Positions 8,465 to 17,528 of a stretch of 38,298 nt of DNA are shown here, piece by piece; position 1 is the stretch's first letter; every line of letters begins with the position of its first letter. The stretch is from NCBI GenBank assembly GCA_964580315.1, contig CAZOKH010000030.1:1-38298 (forward strand), given 5' to 3'. The translations under genes were made by a program, and so were the position numbers. Under the pieces are notes generated by a model. The model was given only the letters and a program-made list of their open reading frames with translations, was not told the DNA's origin and did no database searches. The DNA is from an uncultured Anaerolineaceae bacterium (lineage in GTDB: Bacteria > Chloroflexota > Anaerolineae > Anaerolineales > Anaerolineaceae).

Positions 8465-9271
8465 TCAGGAGTGTTTGGCGCCGCTAAAGTAAAGGATGGA
8501 TCCAAGGTGTCCCTGTGATTGAATGTGCATGTGTTTTCCAAACAGGGACAAGACTTCGCTTTCTGAAAAGTAAGGTGCAGAGAATGATCCTTTTCTCTCC
8601 AGCACATGCTGAATCAAGAAATCGGTTAACTGGCGCTTTCCCTTCACGTAGAAACAAATGGCGAGCATTCCCCTGCTTTTTAGACCCCGCACGATTTCAT
8701 CATAGGCGCGCTGTTTTTCGGGAAAAACGTGAAAACCGTTCATCGACAGGCACAAATCAACGGTATTGTTTTCGATGGGAAGGTAAGCCGCGTCTGCCCG
8801 GATGAGGGTTACGTTATTAATGCCGTGTTCATCGTAGCGCCGTTTTGCCTGCGCCAGCATGCCGGGTGAATAGTCAATGGCGAGAATGCGGGCTTTATCC
8901 AGCCGCCTGTATTTTTCCAGGGTTAGAACCCCTGTTCCCACCGGCACATCCAGCAGCACGCCGTCGAAGTCATCGGGAATATACGTCAGCACTTTTTGGG
9001 CATATTTTTGATCATCCGAAAAACCCCAGGTGAACAGGTTGGTCATTTTCCACAACAGGTTGGCTGAAAGCATATATTCATCATACTTTGGCGCCATATC
9101 ATCATAGAAAGCGGATATGTCGTCGCCAACTCCGGGTAGAAAATCGATGATGCCATTTTTTATCGGGTAAACCATTTCAGTTCCCTGGACAATGGCTTTC
9201 TCGTTGGCGTAATCGAGAATGATTTTTTGGCGTGTTACAGGGCAAATAAGAAGATCAGAAATTATTTCCAT
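8465..9271 (-). CDS. class I SAM-dependent methyltransferase with N-terminal Trm112-like short zinc-ribbon-like segment
   Basis: LICPVTRQKI... N-terminus resembles Trm112/methyltransferase-activator fold. The AdoMet motif I region (VLLDVPVGTGV) and UbiE-like post-I region follow. The ORF track starts at 9328. Preferred start is ATG 9271 (MEIISDLL) with GAGGA SD, which removes the overlap with the next gene. Confidence 0.75.
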   Translation of the reverse strand: MEIISDLLICPVTRQKIILDYANEKAIVQGTEMVYPIKNGIIDFLPGVGDDISAFYDDMAPKYDEYMLSANLLWKMTNLFTWGFSDDQKYAQKVLTYIPDDFDGVLLDVPVGTGVLTLEKYRRLDKARILAIDYSPGMLAQAKRRYDEHGINNVTLIRADAAYLPIENNTVDLCLSMNGFHVFPEKQRAYDEIVRGLKSRGMLAICFYVKGKRQLTDFLIQHVLERKGSFSAPYFSESEVLSLFGKHMHIQSQGHLGSILYFSGAKHS

Positions 9272-9297
9272 AGGTTTCCTCAGGCCAACCCCGATAT

Positions 9298-9909
9298 TTA
9301 TCCAAAATAGCGCCTGGTTTTGCTGCAATAAGCCTGGTATGCCTGGCCATGGGCGCGGAGGAGAAATTTTTCTTCCTGCAAAATCTGATAATGCAACCCC
9401 AGGACAATTGCAATTGCCAGGATAAGAAATCCGAGCGTGCCGTTAAGCAAGAAAGTGCCAATTAAGTAAAGATCCAAAAAAACAAAAATGGGATTCCTGG
9501 AGACGGCAAAAAAACCGCCGGTGACCAGGTCGCCATTACTTTCCGAATCAATGCCAATGCGCCATGAGTCTTTGAAGGAGATCAACGCGCCAATAAAATA
9601 AACAAATCCGATGGTGCTCAAAATTACGCCGAGCCACTTGAGAAGAATGGCATCGATGATCACAACCTGGAAGATTGCCGGGAAAATCCGAAATTCCAAG
9701 TGTGTGATGTGGAAGAATAATTCCAGCACCCAGGCTGTCAGGATGATGAAAAAAGAGATTTCCACAACCTGTTGGAGTCCGCTTTTACCAACGCCCAGTT
9801 TGAACAGCCGGATATCTTTTTTATAGCGGAGGTGCAAAGATCTTCCAATAAAGACCGTTAAAAAGATAATCAAACACGCCACCTGGAAACAGCCTAGAAA
9901 AATATCCAT
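9298..9909 (-). CDS. ICMT-family membrane methyltransferase (second, diverged copy)
   Basis: GGFFAVSRNPIFVFLDLYLIG...QEEKFLLRAHGQAYQAYCSKTRRY conserved ICMT C-terminal block. AT-rich codon usage relative to neighbours. Confidence 0.75.
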   Translation of the reverse strand: MDIFLGCFQVACLIIFLTVFIGRSLHLRYKKDIRLFKLGVGKSGLQQVVEISFFIILTAWVLELFFHITHLEFRIFPAIFQVVIIDAILLKWLGVILSTIGFVYFIGALISFKDSWRIGIDSESNGDLVTGGFFAVSRNPIFVFLDLYLIGTFLLNGTLGFLILAIAIVLGLHYQILQEEKFLLRAHGQAYQAYCSKTRRYFG

Positions 9910-10235
9910 GCAAGCCCCATTGAATTATTAAGAGTTAATAAAAAGAATTAGCACTATTATAATCGTGCACTACAGATTTTGATTTATAATATCGGGAATA
10001 TTTTTCAAGCAAAAATCACATGAATGGATGTGGGGGGAAATTGCTCTTTAAACAAAAAGAGCACACTCAATCAGAAAAAAAGATGAAAAGCCTGTTGGTC
10101 GATATTATTTATTCAAACCATCCGTTCTGGGCGGGTTTCTTTCCTGGGCAAGGCTGCCGCTGTCTCCTTTCGCCAACTTTTTTGGCGCCGCCCTGGCGTT
10201 TACTTCCAAACATTTTCTAGAAAAGGGGATTTTCT

Positions 10236-10901
10236 ATGCTTACTGCCGCACAGTGGTGGAACATTGTTGACAACTACGGCGCAAAAATATTTCCAGCGCA
10301 AATTGTTTTCTATCTCCTGGCCCTGGCGCTTGTCCTCTGGTGCTATTTAAAACCGGGACGCATCCAGAGTATGTTGATCAAGGCATATCTTTTCTCCGCC
10401 TTTGCCTGGATTGGAATTGTGTTTTTTATGCTGCTGGCAAACGGCATCACCGGTGAAAATTATGGCGGCTATTTTTTTGGTGTAATTTTCTGCGTGGTGG
10501 CTGTGCTGTTTGCCTGGGATATTTTGAGGGGAAAAATGCAATTTGCATTTCCTGCCGACGGTTGGCGCAGGACGGCAACCTTGATCTTGATGACGCTGGT
10601 ATTCTTATACCCGCTGATCGGCGCCGCGCTGGGACACCCCTACTCCAGCCTGATCATGCCCGGAACCATGCCCTGCCCAACCGCGGCTTTTGCCCTGCTG
10701 TTGTTGGCCGCGGCCCTGCCCCGGGCAAACAAAATCATTTATATTCTGCTTCTGTTGTGGGCAATTCCTTTTCCGCCAACCATGCAAATTCCAAAATACG
10801 GCGTTTATGAAGATGCCATTCTGTTTGTGGTTGGAATCTACAGCCTGGTGTTGCTGGTGCTTTCCTGGCGGACAAACCGTTCGACAACAGCAACCGTTTA
10901 G
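10236..10901 (+). CDS. hypothetical polytopic membrane protein (221 aa)
   Basis: ORF track. AAAAGGGG SD before the ATG. About 6 hydrophobic helices. No family recognised. Confidence 0.55.
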   Translation: MLTAAQWWNIVDNYGAKIFPAQIVFYLLALALVLWCYLKPGRIQSMLIKAYLFSAFAWIGIVFFMLLANGITGENYGGYFFGVIFCVVAVLFAWDILRGKMQFAFPADGWRRTATLILMTLVFLYPLIGAALGHPYSSLIMPGTMPCPTAAFALLLLAAALPRANKIIYILLLLWAIPFPPTMQIPKYGVYEDAILFVVGIYSLVLLVLSWRTNRSTTATV

Positions 10902-11551
10902 GGCAGTGGGATGCATACTGGTTTACACCCCACGCCGCAAATCCAACCCTGGTTGTATTCCTCGAATACTTGCACTTCCACATATCCTGCTGAAGAAAAG
11001 AGTTCAGCAAATTCAGTGGTGCTGTGATAGGCCATATTTCCCAACGCTACCCATTGTTGATTGCGCTCTTCAAACTTTCCGCCCTTGTAAGCTTCTCCGA
11101 TCATGACGAGCTTTCCTTCCGGTTTGAGCACGCGCCGCACTTCTTGCAGGTTTGCAACCAGGTCAGGCCAAAAATAGTGCGTCTCCACAGCCGTGATGAA
11201 GTCAAACTGATTATCGGGATACGGCAGGCTGGTTACAGACCCTGCCTGAATTTCCACTCTTCCCTGCTTGATCAATTGTCGGTTTGTGTGTTTGGATATG
11301 GCTACGCTTTCTTGGGAATAATCAATGCCGTAAACTTTACCCTGAGCTGCCATTTTGGCTAACTTGCAAATGGTGCCCCCGCCGCCGCATCCAATGTCGA
11401 GAAATACAGCCTGTTTGTCAAAAGAAAAATGTTGCAAACCCCAGTCTGTCATTTTGGAATGGCCAATGTTCATTCCCCTTGCCAGCAATTTGCCAAACCA
11501 ACCGCTTGGATTGCGGCATTGCTTCAATAAATGACGCATGAATTGACTCAT
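10898..11551 (-). CDS. class I SAM-dependent methyltransferase (type-11/UbiE-like)
   Basis: Motif I FLDIGCGGGGT, motif post-I VYGIDYS, LKPEGKLVM. Its stop overlaps the stop of the convergent 10236..10901 gene. Confidence 0.85.
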   Translation of the reverse strand: MSQFMRHLLKQCRNPSGWFGKLLARGMNIGHSKMTDWGLQHFSFDKQAVFLDIGCGGGGTICKLAKMAAQGKVYGIDYSQESVAISKHTNRQLIKQGRVEIQAGSVTSLPYPDNQFDFITAVETHYFWPDLVANLQEVRRVLKPEGKLVMIGEAYKGGKFEERNQQWVALGNMAYHSTTEFAELFSSAGYVEVQVFEEYNQGWICGVGCKPVCIPLP

Positions 11552-11563
11552 CGAATTGCCCTT

Positions 11564-12268
11564 TTATCCTTTTGGTGTAGGCTTATCTGACCGTTTTGGA
11601 TCGGTCAGTTCAAGCGGATTGACCCCAATCAAGCCGCATAGTTCGAGAAACGGTTTGATCCGCTTTGACCGGTCAGGTTCGCGAAATTCAAAAATCACCG
11701 GGTAGCTGCTGTCAAAATCAGATGAGGCGACGCCGTATAAATATAAAGCCAGGGCGGCGCAGTGAATGCGGATGTCATCGTTGCCGTTGAGGCTGCACCA
11801 CAGCACTTTTTGACTGATGCGCTCGGTGGGATATGCTTTTGCCAGGTCAAGGGCAAAGGTCATGCCTTCGCCAATTTTTGTTTTGGGCAGGGTTTCCAGC
11901 ACAACTTCTTCCACGCGGTCCACAATTTCCATTTCTTTCAAAAATTTGACCGCAAACAGCTTCACTTCATTGTTTTGGCTGTGTAAACATTCTTGCAGGG
12001 CGGCGATGGCGTGCGGGGTGTTCAGCGCCGCCAGGGCTTCCACATCACGCCAGTCCTGGTCTTTCCTGGAGATCAACAGGGTTTCGATGGTTTTTAAATC
12101 ATGCTGGCTCATTTGCATCAGGGCATCCAGGTCATATCCAATGGCTTCATGCCATTCCAGGTAACCAATGCGCATGCTTTGATGAAAGCGCTGCAAGGGA
12201 GGTTTGGAAGATGGGGTCGGCGCGCTGGATACTCTGTTGAAAAGCGGGTGGAATGATTGTGTATTCAT
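11564..12268 (-). CDS. hypothetical alpha-helical (HEAT/ARM-like repeat) protein
   Basis: ORF track gives 11564..12301. No convincing SD at any candidate start (12301, 12268 or 12175), so the start is uncertain. Confidence 0.45.
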   Translation of the reverse strand: MNTQSFHPLFNRVSSAPTPSSKPPLQRFHQSMRIGYLEWHEAIGYDLDALMQMSQHDLKTIETLLISRKDQDWRDVEALAALNTPHAIAALQECLHSQNNEVKLFAVKFLKEMEIVDRVEEVVLETLPKTKIGEGMTFALDLAKAYPTERISQKVLWCSLNGNDDIRIHCAALALYLYGVASSDFDSSYPVIFEFREPDRSKRIKPFLELCGLIGVNPLELTDPKRSDKPTPKG

Positions 12269-12493
12269 GATTGGATGAGATATAACCCGGATGTAAAGCA
12301 CAGGATTTCAATGGAAAATCTATCCTGCCGAATATTCAGATACGGTTTTACAAGTTTATTCTACCAGAATGCCTGTTCAGAATTTCTCATTGCTGCCCAT
12401 CCAAATCGAAACAGCGACGTTTTTGTTTTGGGGGATTAAATGGCCGGTTGGCAGCCCATTTTTGATTTCTATGGGTGTGAAAGTTGTCCATAC

Positions 12494-12853
12494 TTATTGT
12501 TTCAATAACCACAAAATTCGGTCATAGGAAACAAGATAATGCAAGGCAACCAGCACGCCAAAAATCCAGGACAGGGTTGTCAGGTGTATGTCAGCGAGAG
12601 CGTATGTTGCCAGGGCAAAATAAACTAACTCCAACCCCAGGCGCAGCACGCCCGCCACCGTCACCGGCGCTGCACCGGGGTCATTGGGCACGCGAAAAGT
12701 GCCCCACAGCACGGCAAAAAACAGGGGAATGGCCACAGCCAGCACAAACCGCAGCCAGCCGTCCCCTTTTTGCCACCCCCAAAAGCCAAAAGATGCCAAC
12801 GCCGTAAGTTCAAGCAAGAAACGCAGCACCAGGTTAATTGGATGTGAACCCAT
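12494..12853 (-). CDS. DUF2568-like small membrane protein (119 aa, 4 TM)
   Basis: ORF track. Architecture and length typical of the YrdB/DUF2568 family (call from memory, moderate). Confidence 0.55.
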   Translation of the reverse strand: MGSHPINLVLRFLLELTALASFGFWGWQKGDGWLRFVLAVAIPLFFAVLWGTFRVPNDPGAAPVTVAGVLRLGLELVYFALATYALADIHLTTLSWIFGVLVALHYLVSYDRILWLLKQ

Positions 12854-12865
12854 AAGACATGCCCT

Positions 12866-13093
12866 TTAACTTTTGACAGCAATCACCAGCATTTCATAAT
12901 CATCAGGGGTCAGGCGGTCATTGCGGCTGAACGCTCCCAGTTTGGCGCTGAAAATGTCGATGGTTTTGCATTGCAGTGGTTTAAGCAGCCAGGTGATTTC
13001 TGACGGCACATAATGGCGCTCGTTGAATAACGATATGTCCCTTTTTTGACCGAAATGTTCTTTGCCGATCGGTTGCCACTTAATCAGCAGTAC
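12866..13093 (-). pseudogene. 3'-terminal fragment of a class I methyltransferase gene, paralogous to the C-terminus of 15400..16164
   Basis: Translation ...ERHYVPSEITWLLKPLQCKTIDIFSAKLGAFSRNDRLTPDDYEMLVIAVKS* matches ...SERYYVPSEITWQLKTLGFKTIDIFGAKLGAFSRNDRLTPDDYEMLVIASKP*. Nucleotide identity is roughly 85% over about 160 nt. In-frame stop upstream at 13094..13096 and no start codon. Confidence 0.55.
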
Positions 13094-13507
13094 TCATTCT
13101 CTGATAATTCGAACCTCAAGATAAATTTATCCCCTATGTGGGGGATACAAACACTCCCCAATCGATGGATGTGGTTGGGTTGTGTTTATTGTACGATGAG
13201 TTCATGAATGGCAATCTGGCTTGAGGTAATCGGGTTGCAAGAGGTTATCTATTTTTGCTTGATCTTATCAGATCAAACCTGTAATTCTGATATTCGTGAA
13301 TGGGGAAAATGGTGACAGGCTGGCGATAAGCCAGAATGACGACCAGAAACTGGAAGAAATCAATACAGTGCAGGTCAAATTGGTCTGTGGGTGAACTGAC
13401 AAAAGTATGGAGAAAAACCGACAAAATAAATTTTCGGTTTCTGTTGCTATCAATTTCAAGCGTAAATAAAAATTTAGCTATGAAACAAGATTAATGGAGA
13501 AGATGAT

Positions 13508-15178
13508 ATGAAAAAGTTGTCTATGAGAATTTTGCCAGTATTGGTTATCGCGAGCATGTTCCTTGGATCCTGTTCTGCTTTACCCAAAACGGTGTCCGGC
13601 GCCGAGCTTTCCCCAACGGCAAAGTCTGAACCAGGCGTAACGATTGTCTTGTCACAGAATGACGATGTTTGGGATCGTATTGTCGCAAATAATAAAATGG
13701 TAGTGGGCACATCTTGGGATTACCCACCTTTTAGTTCTGTCGATCCTAATTTTCAGGTTGTTGGCTTTGATATTGCTTTGATTGAAGAGATCGGGCGCCG
13801 CCTGAATATTCCAATTGATATCCAGAATTACGCCTTTGAAGGACTTCCTGAAGCATTACAAATCAACCAGATTGATCTGGCGATTGCTGCCATCTCTGTC
13901 ACGCCCGAACGCGCCGCCCAGATGTCATTTTCACCAACATACTACATCAACCAGACTGCTATTCTGGCACGAGATGACGCGCTTGTAACGAGCATCACTG
14001 ACTTTAATCAACTGGCTGACTACCGTGTGGGCGTGCAGCGAGGCTCTACCTATGAAAGCCTGGTGCAAAGTTTGCTGGTTGATACCAGATTAATGAGCGA
14101 AGATAAACTATTCAGATACACGCAGACTGATGAAGCTGTGCGAGACCTGATTGTAAACCGGGTTGACTTGGTGGTCGTTGGTCAGTCAACCGCCAGTTAT
14201 TACAGTACCCGTAAGGATCTGCAAGTGGTTGGAAACGGATTCCATCAGCAAGACCTGGCAGTTGCGATGCGATTGGGAACACCACGTCTAAAAGCAGAGA
14301 TTGACCGGGTCATGAATGATATGCTCAAGGATGGGACGATCCTGAGCTTAATTCAACAATATGTTCAAACTGATGTTTTCGGGGTTATGTCGACCCCAAT
14401 TGCGCCCAATCAATCCACTGCCACACCGAGTTCTCCTGTCCCAACGGCTACTCCAGCCGCCTGCGTAAATGGAATGAAATTCATCGCAGATGTAACCCTT
14501 GATGATGACAACATGAAAAATCCGCCATTCATCAAACCCGGAAACGGATTTGCTAAAGTTTGGCGAGTGCAAAACACTGGAACATGCACCTGGACTCCGA
14601 GTTACCGCCTGGTGTATGCTTATGGAAATGTCGATGCCGCACACATGAACGGTCAGCCGGTAAACATTTCAGGAAATGTCACTTCTGGTCAGATCGTCGA
14701 TTTGACCGTAAACCTGATTGCTCCGAAGGAGCCTTTAACTTATCAAGGTTTCTGGCAAATGGAGAATGCCAATGGTGGGCGCTTTGGTCAGACCATTTGG
14801 GTCGCCATCACAACCCTGGCTGATGTAGAAAACCCGGTTGCAACCGGTCAGCCTTCTGGAAATTTCTGTGTAGTGTCGAAAAAAGCACCCACAAGTTCAG
14901 TCAAGGTTAACAGCAAATTTGATGCAATCTGGATGGTCAAGAATCTCAGTGGGAAAAATTGGACATCTGATTCAGTAGACTACAAGTTTATCAGCGGTAC
15001 TGAGATGCACGAGAAAGATGTTTACGACTTCAATCAAACCATCAATGATGGAGAAAGTGGAAAAATCATCGTAGATATGGTCGCCCCATCTTCACCTGGT
15101 ATTTACGACACCAAATGGGCAATCGTTTCTGGAAACAAGTCTCTTTGTATCTTGTATATGACTGTTTCTGTGAAATAA
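13508..15178 (+). CDS. lipoprotein: family-3 (amino-acid type) periplasmic solute-binding domain fused to two tandem C-terminal NBR1-like (FW/Ig-like) domains
   Basis: Signal peptide with lipobox LGSC. SBP_bac_3-type core (VVGTSWDYPPF...GFDIALIEEIGRRLN...). Ser/Thr/Pro linker. Two repeats with PGxxFxKxWRVQNTGxxxW ... LIAPxxPxxYxxxWxM...FGxxIWVxI. GGAGAAG SD. Low G+C relative to flanks. Confidence 0.85.
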   Translation: MKKLSMRILPVLVIASMFLGSCSALPKTVSGAELSPTAKSEPGVTIVLSQNDDVWDRIVANNKMVVGTSWDYPPFSSVDPNFQVVGFDIALIEEIGRRLNIPIDIQNYAFEGLPEALQINQIDLAIAAISVTPERAAQMSFSPTYYINQTAILARDDALVTSITDFNQLADYRVGVQRGSTYESLVQSLLVDTRLMSEDKLFRYTQTDEAVRDLIVNRVDLVVVGQSTASYYSTRKDLQVVGNGFHQQDLAVAMRLGTPRLKAEIDRVMNDMLKDGTILSLIQQYVQTDVFGVMSTPIAPNQSTATPSSPVPTATPAACVNGMKFIADVTLDDDNMKNPPFIKPGNGFAKVWRVQNTGTCTWTPSYRLVYAYGNVDAAHMNGQPVNISGNVTSGQIVDLTVNLIAPKEPLTYQGFWQMENANGGRFGQTIWVAITTLADVENPVATGQPSGNFCVVSKKAPTSSVKVNSKFDAIWMVKNLSGKNWTSDSVDYKFISGTEMHEKDVYDFNQTINDGESGKIIVDMVAPSSPGIYDTKWAIVSGNKSLCILYMTVSVK

Positions 15179-15184
15179 AATAAT

Positions 15185-15283
15185 TCAAATCCTGGTCTGA
15201 AGCCAGTCAAAAACGCCCCCCGGTTTGTATCCATAGACCGGGGAGTGTTTCATATGCGCCAGGGTAATTGGATGTAATCCCAT
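15185..15283 (-). pseudogene. 5'-terminal remnant of a DUF2568 paralog (33 codons, MGLHPITL...)
   Basis: First ~8 codons and ~20 nt upstream align with the start of 12494..12853 (MGSHPINL). Diverges and terminates after 33 codons. Confidence 0.35.
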
Positions 15284-15399
15284 AAGACTTACCTTTCAAC
15301 CACCGGCCAGCTTAATTTGGTTTGACGAAACCGGGTCGTTATTAGATAATATATATCTACTATATCTAATTATCGCTGTACAACTTTACAGGTGAAAGT

Positions 15400-16164
15400 T
15401 CAAGGTTTACTGGCGATCACCAGCATTTCATAATCATCAGGGGTCAGGCGGTCATTGCGGCTGAACGCTCCCAGTTTGGCGCCGAATATGTCGATGGTCT
15501 TGAACCCCAGCGTTTTTAGCTGCCAGGTGATTTCTGACGGCACGTAGTAACGCTCGCTGCAGTGCAATTCTTTTTTGTTGCCGTCGTCATCTTCAAAGGT
15601 GGTGATGTTGGTATCGCGGAAGGTCATCAGGTCAAACGAGCTGTTGCCGTAGGTGGCGTTTCCATCGTTCAAATCGGCATTGAGAAATTCGGGAATGTTG
15701 TGATGGAGCGGAAACAAACCATTCAGGGTGGTGAAGATCAATTTACCCCCGGGCTTCAAAGCACGGGCGGCGCTTTGCAGAATTTGATAGTTCATTTCAT
15801 CGGTTTCCATCAAGGAAAAACCGCCCTCGCACAGCATGACGGCCAGATCAAATTCGTGTTGAAAAGGCAGGCTGCGCGCATCTTGCTGTTGAAAATCTAT
15901 TTTCAGACCCTGTTCAGCGGCTTTTTCGCGGGCGCGCTGCAACTGAGAGGCAGACAAATCGACCCCCACCAGCGTGTATCCGCGCCGGGTGAGTTCAATG
16001 GCATGCCTGCCGGTGCCGCAGCCAATGTCCAGTATCCTGGTGGTTTTATCGAAAGTAATTTCCTGCTCGATGAAATCGCATTCTCCCAGGGTGCCCTGGG
16101 TAAATGATTCCCGGTCATATTTTTGGCCGTAGTTTTCGAATAAGGCTTCATACCACTGTTTCAT
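15400..16164 (-). CDS. class I SAM-dependent methyltransferase (254 aa)
   Basis: Motif I ILDIGCGTGRH, post-I LVGVDLS, LKPGGKLIF. Confidence 0.85.
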   Translation of the reverse strand: MKQWYEALFENYGQKYDRESFTQGTLGECDFIEQEITFDKTTRILDIGCGTGRHAIELTRRGYTLVGVDLSASQLQRAREKAAEQGLKIDFQQQDARSLPFQHEFDLAVMLCEGGFSLMETDEMNYQILQSAARALKPGGKLIFTTLNGLFPLHHNIPEFLNADLNDGNATYGNSSFDLMTFRDTNITTFEDDDGNKKELHCSERYYVPSEITWQLKTLGFKTIDIFGAKLGAFSRNDRLTPDDYEMLVIASKP

Positions 16165-16352
16165 GGATAACTTTCCTTTCGCGCGGCTTGCCAGGCTGGT
16201 GTCGTAATCATTCAGGCGTTCTGTATTTAATGGGCTTTTAACGAATGCGATGGGGTTTCCCCCGGATCACTTTCCCAGAGAAAGAGTTATACTAAAAATG
16301 AATCAAAATTCTTTAAGATTGTAGTCCTTTTTGCCTGTGGAAAGGAAACATC

Positions 16353-17528
16353 TTGGATATTGAATCGCTACCCCCGGTATTGGAATTGCGAAAATTTATC
16401 GCTCCCGAATTTGTATTCGGCAACGGCGCACGCCAGTTGGCGGTGCAATACGTGCAGAATTTTGGCGCGCGCCGGGTTCTTGTGGCCACTGATAAAGGTG
16501 TGATCGGGGCGGGGTGGGTTGAACCGCTGTTGCACGATCTGGAGCAGGAAGGCATTGGGGCAACCGTCTATGATGAAATTTCTCCCAACCCGCGCGATTT
16601 TGAGGTGATGCATGGGGCAGAGATTTTTGAAAAAGAAAACTGTAATGTAATCATTGCCATTGGGGGAGGCAGCCCCATGGACTGCGCCAAAGGAATTGGT
16701 ATTGTTCATACCAACAAAAAGCATATTTTGTCATTTGAGGGCGTGGATGAAGTGGACATTCCCGGTCCCCCGCTCATTTGCATTCCAACCACAGCGGGCA
16801 CATCGGCCGATGTTTCACAGTTCAGTATCATCAATGATATTCAACGCAAAGTGAAAATTGCCATCATCAGCAAAAAGCTGGTGCCCAATGCGGCGTTGAT
16901 TGATCCCTTTATCACCACCACCATGGATCCATATCTGACCGCCTGCACGGGGATGGACGCGCTGACGCACGCCGTGGAGGCTTATTGTTCCAATGCCAAT
17001 TCTCCCATTACAGATGTGCACGCCCTTCAGGCAATCAGCCTCATCCCGCGCTTTTTGTTTGCCGCCACCCAGCGCCCCGATGATTTGACCGCGCGCGGGC
17101 AGATGATGCTGGCTAGTTTGCACGCCGGGCTGGCATTTTCCAACACCGGTTTGGGGGCTGTGCATGCCATGGCGCACAGCCTGGGCGGCTTTTTGGGGCT
17201 GCCGCACGGCGAATGTAATGCCCTGTTGTTGGAGTATGTGATTGCGAAAAATTTCGATGCCGTGCCCGAGCGCTATTTCAAAATAGCGGAAACGCTGGCA
17301 TGTTATGACCCTTCTGATCCTTATGAAACAAAAAAAGACCGGCTGATTGAATGCCTGTCCAGGCTGCGCCGGCAGGTGGGCATTACCAATTCTTTAGGAC
17401 AAATGGGTGTGCGGGCTGAAGATATTCCTCAACTTGCCGGCAAAGCCATCAAAGACCCCTGCATGGCTACCAACCCTTGTTTTCTATCACAGGCCGAGGT
17501 TGAGGCGATTTTTGCAGCAGCCCTCTGA
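16353..17528 (+). CDS. iron-containing (group III) alcohol dehydrogenase
   Basis: GGGSPMDCAKGIG (GGGS NAD-binding motif) and conserved His-rich metal site (HAMAHSLGG...H). TTG start with AAGGAAA SD. Confidence 0.85.
   Translation: MDIESLPPVLELRKFIAPEFVFGNGARQLAVQYVQNFGARRVLVATDKGVIGAGWVEPLLHDLEQEGIGATVYDEISPNPRDFEVMHGAEIFEKENCNVIIAIGGGSPMDCAKGIGIVHTNKKHILSFEGVDEVDIPGPPLICIPTTAGTSADVSQFSIINDIQRKVKIAIISKKLVPNAALIDPFITTTMDPYLTACTGMDALTHAVEAYCSNANSPITDVHALQAISLIPRFLFAATQRPDDLTARGQMMLASLHAGLAFSNTGLGAVHAMAHSLGGFLGLPHGECNALLLEYVIAKNFDAVPERYFKIAETLACYDPSDPYETKKDRLIECLSRLRRQVGITNSLGQMGVRAEDIPQLAGKAIKDPCMATNPCFLSQAEVEAIFAAAL

Noticed and set aside
10020-10220. 66-aa ORF in the divergent intergenic region
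   Set aside because: No SD, odd composition, and it lies in an AT-rich promoter region between two divergently transcribed genes.
13130-13158. G-rich motif CCCCTATGTGGGGGATACAAACACTCCCC resembling, in inverted orientation, GGTTTGTATCCATAGACCGGGGAGTGTTT at 15219..15251. Possible terminal inverted repeats of the inserted segment
   Set aside because: Similarity is short, rearranged and low-complexity. I could not align it convincingly by eye, so it is insufficient to call element ends without a computed alignment.
15562-16107. 181-aa plus-strand ORF
   Set aside because: Antisense to the well-supported methyltransferase gene 15400..16164.
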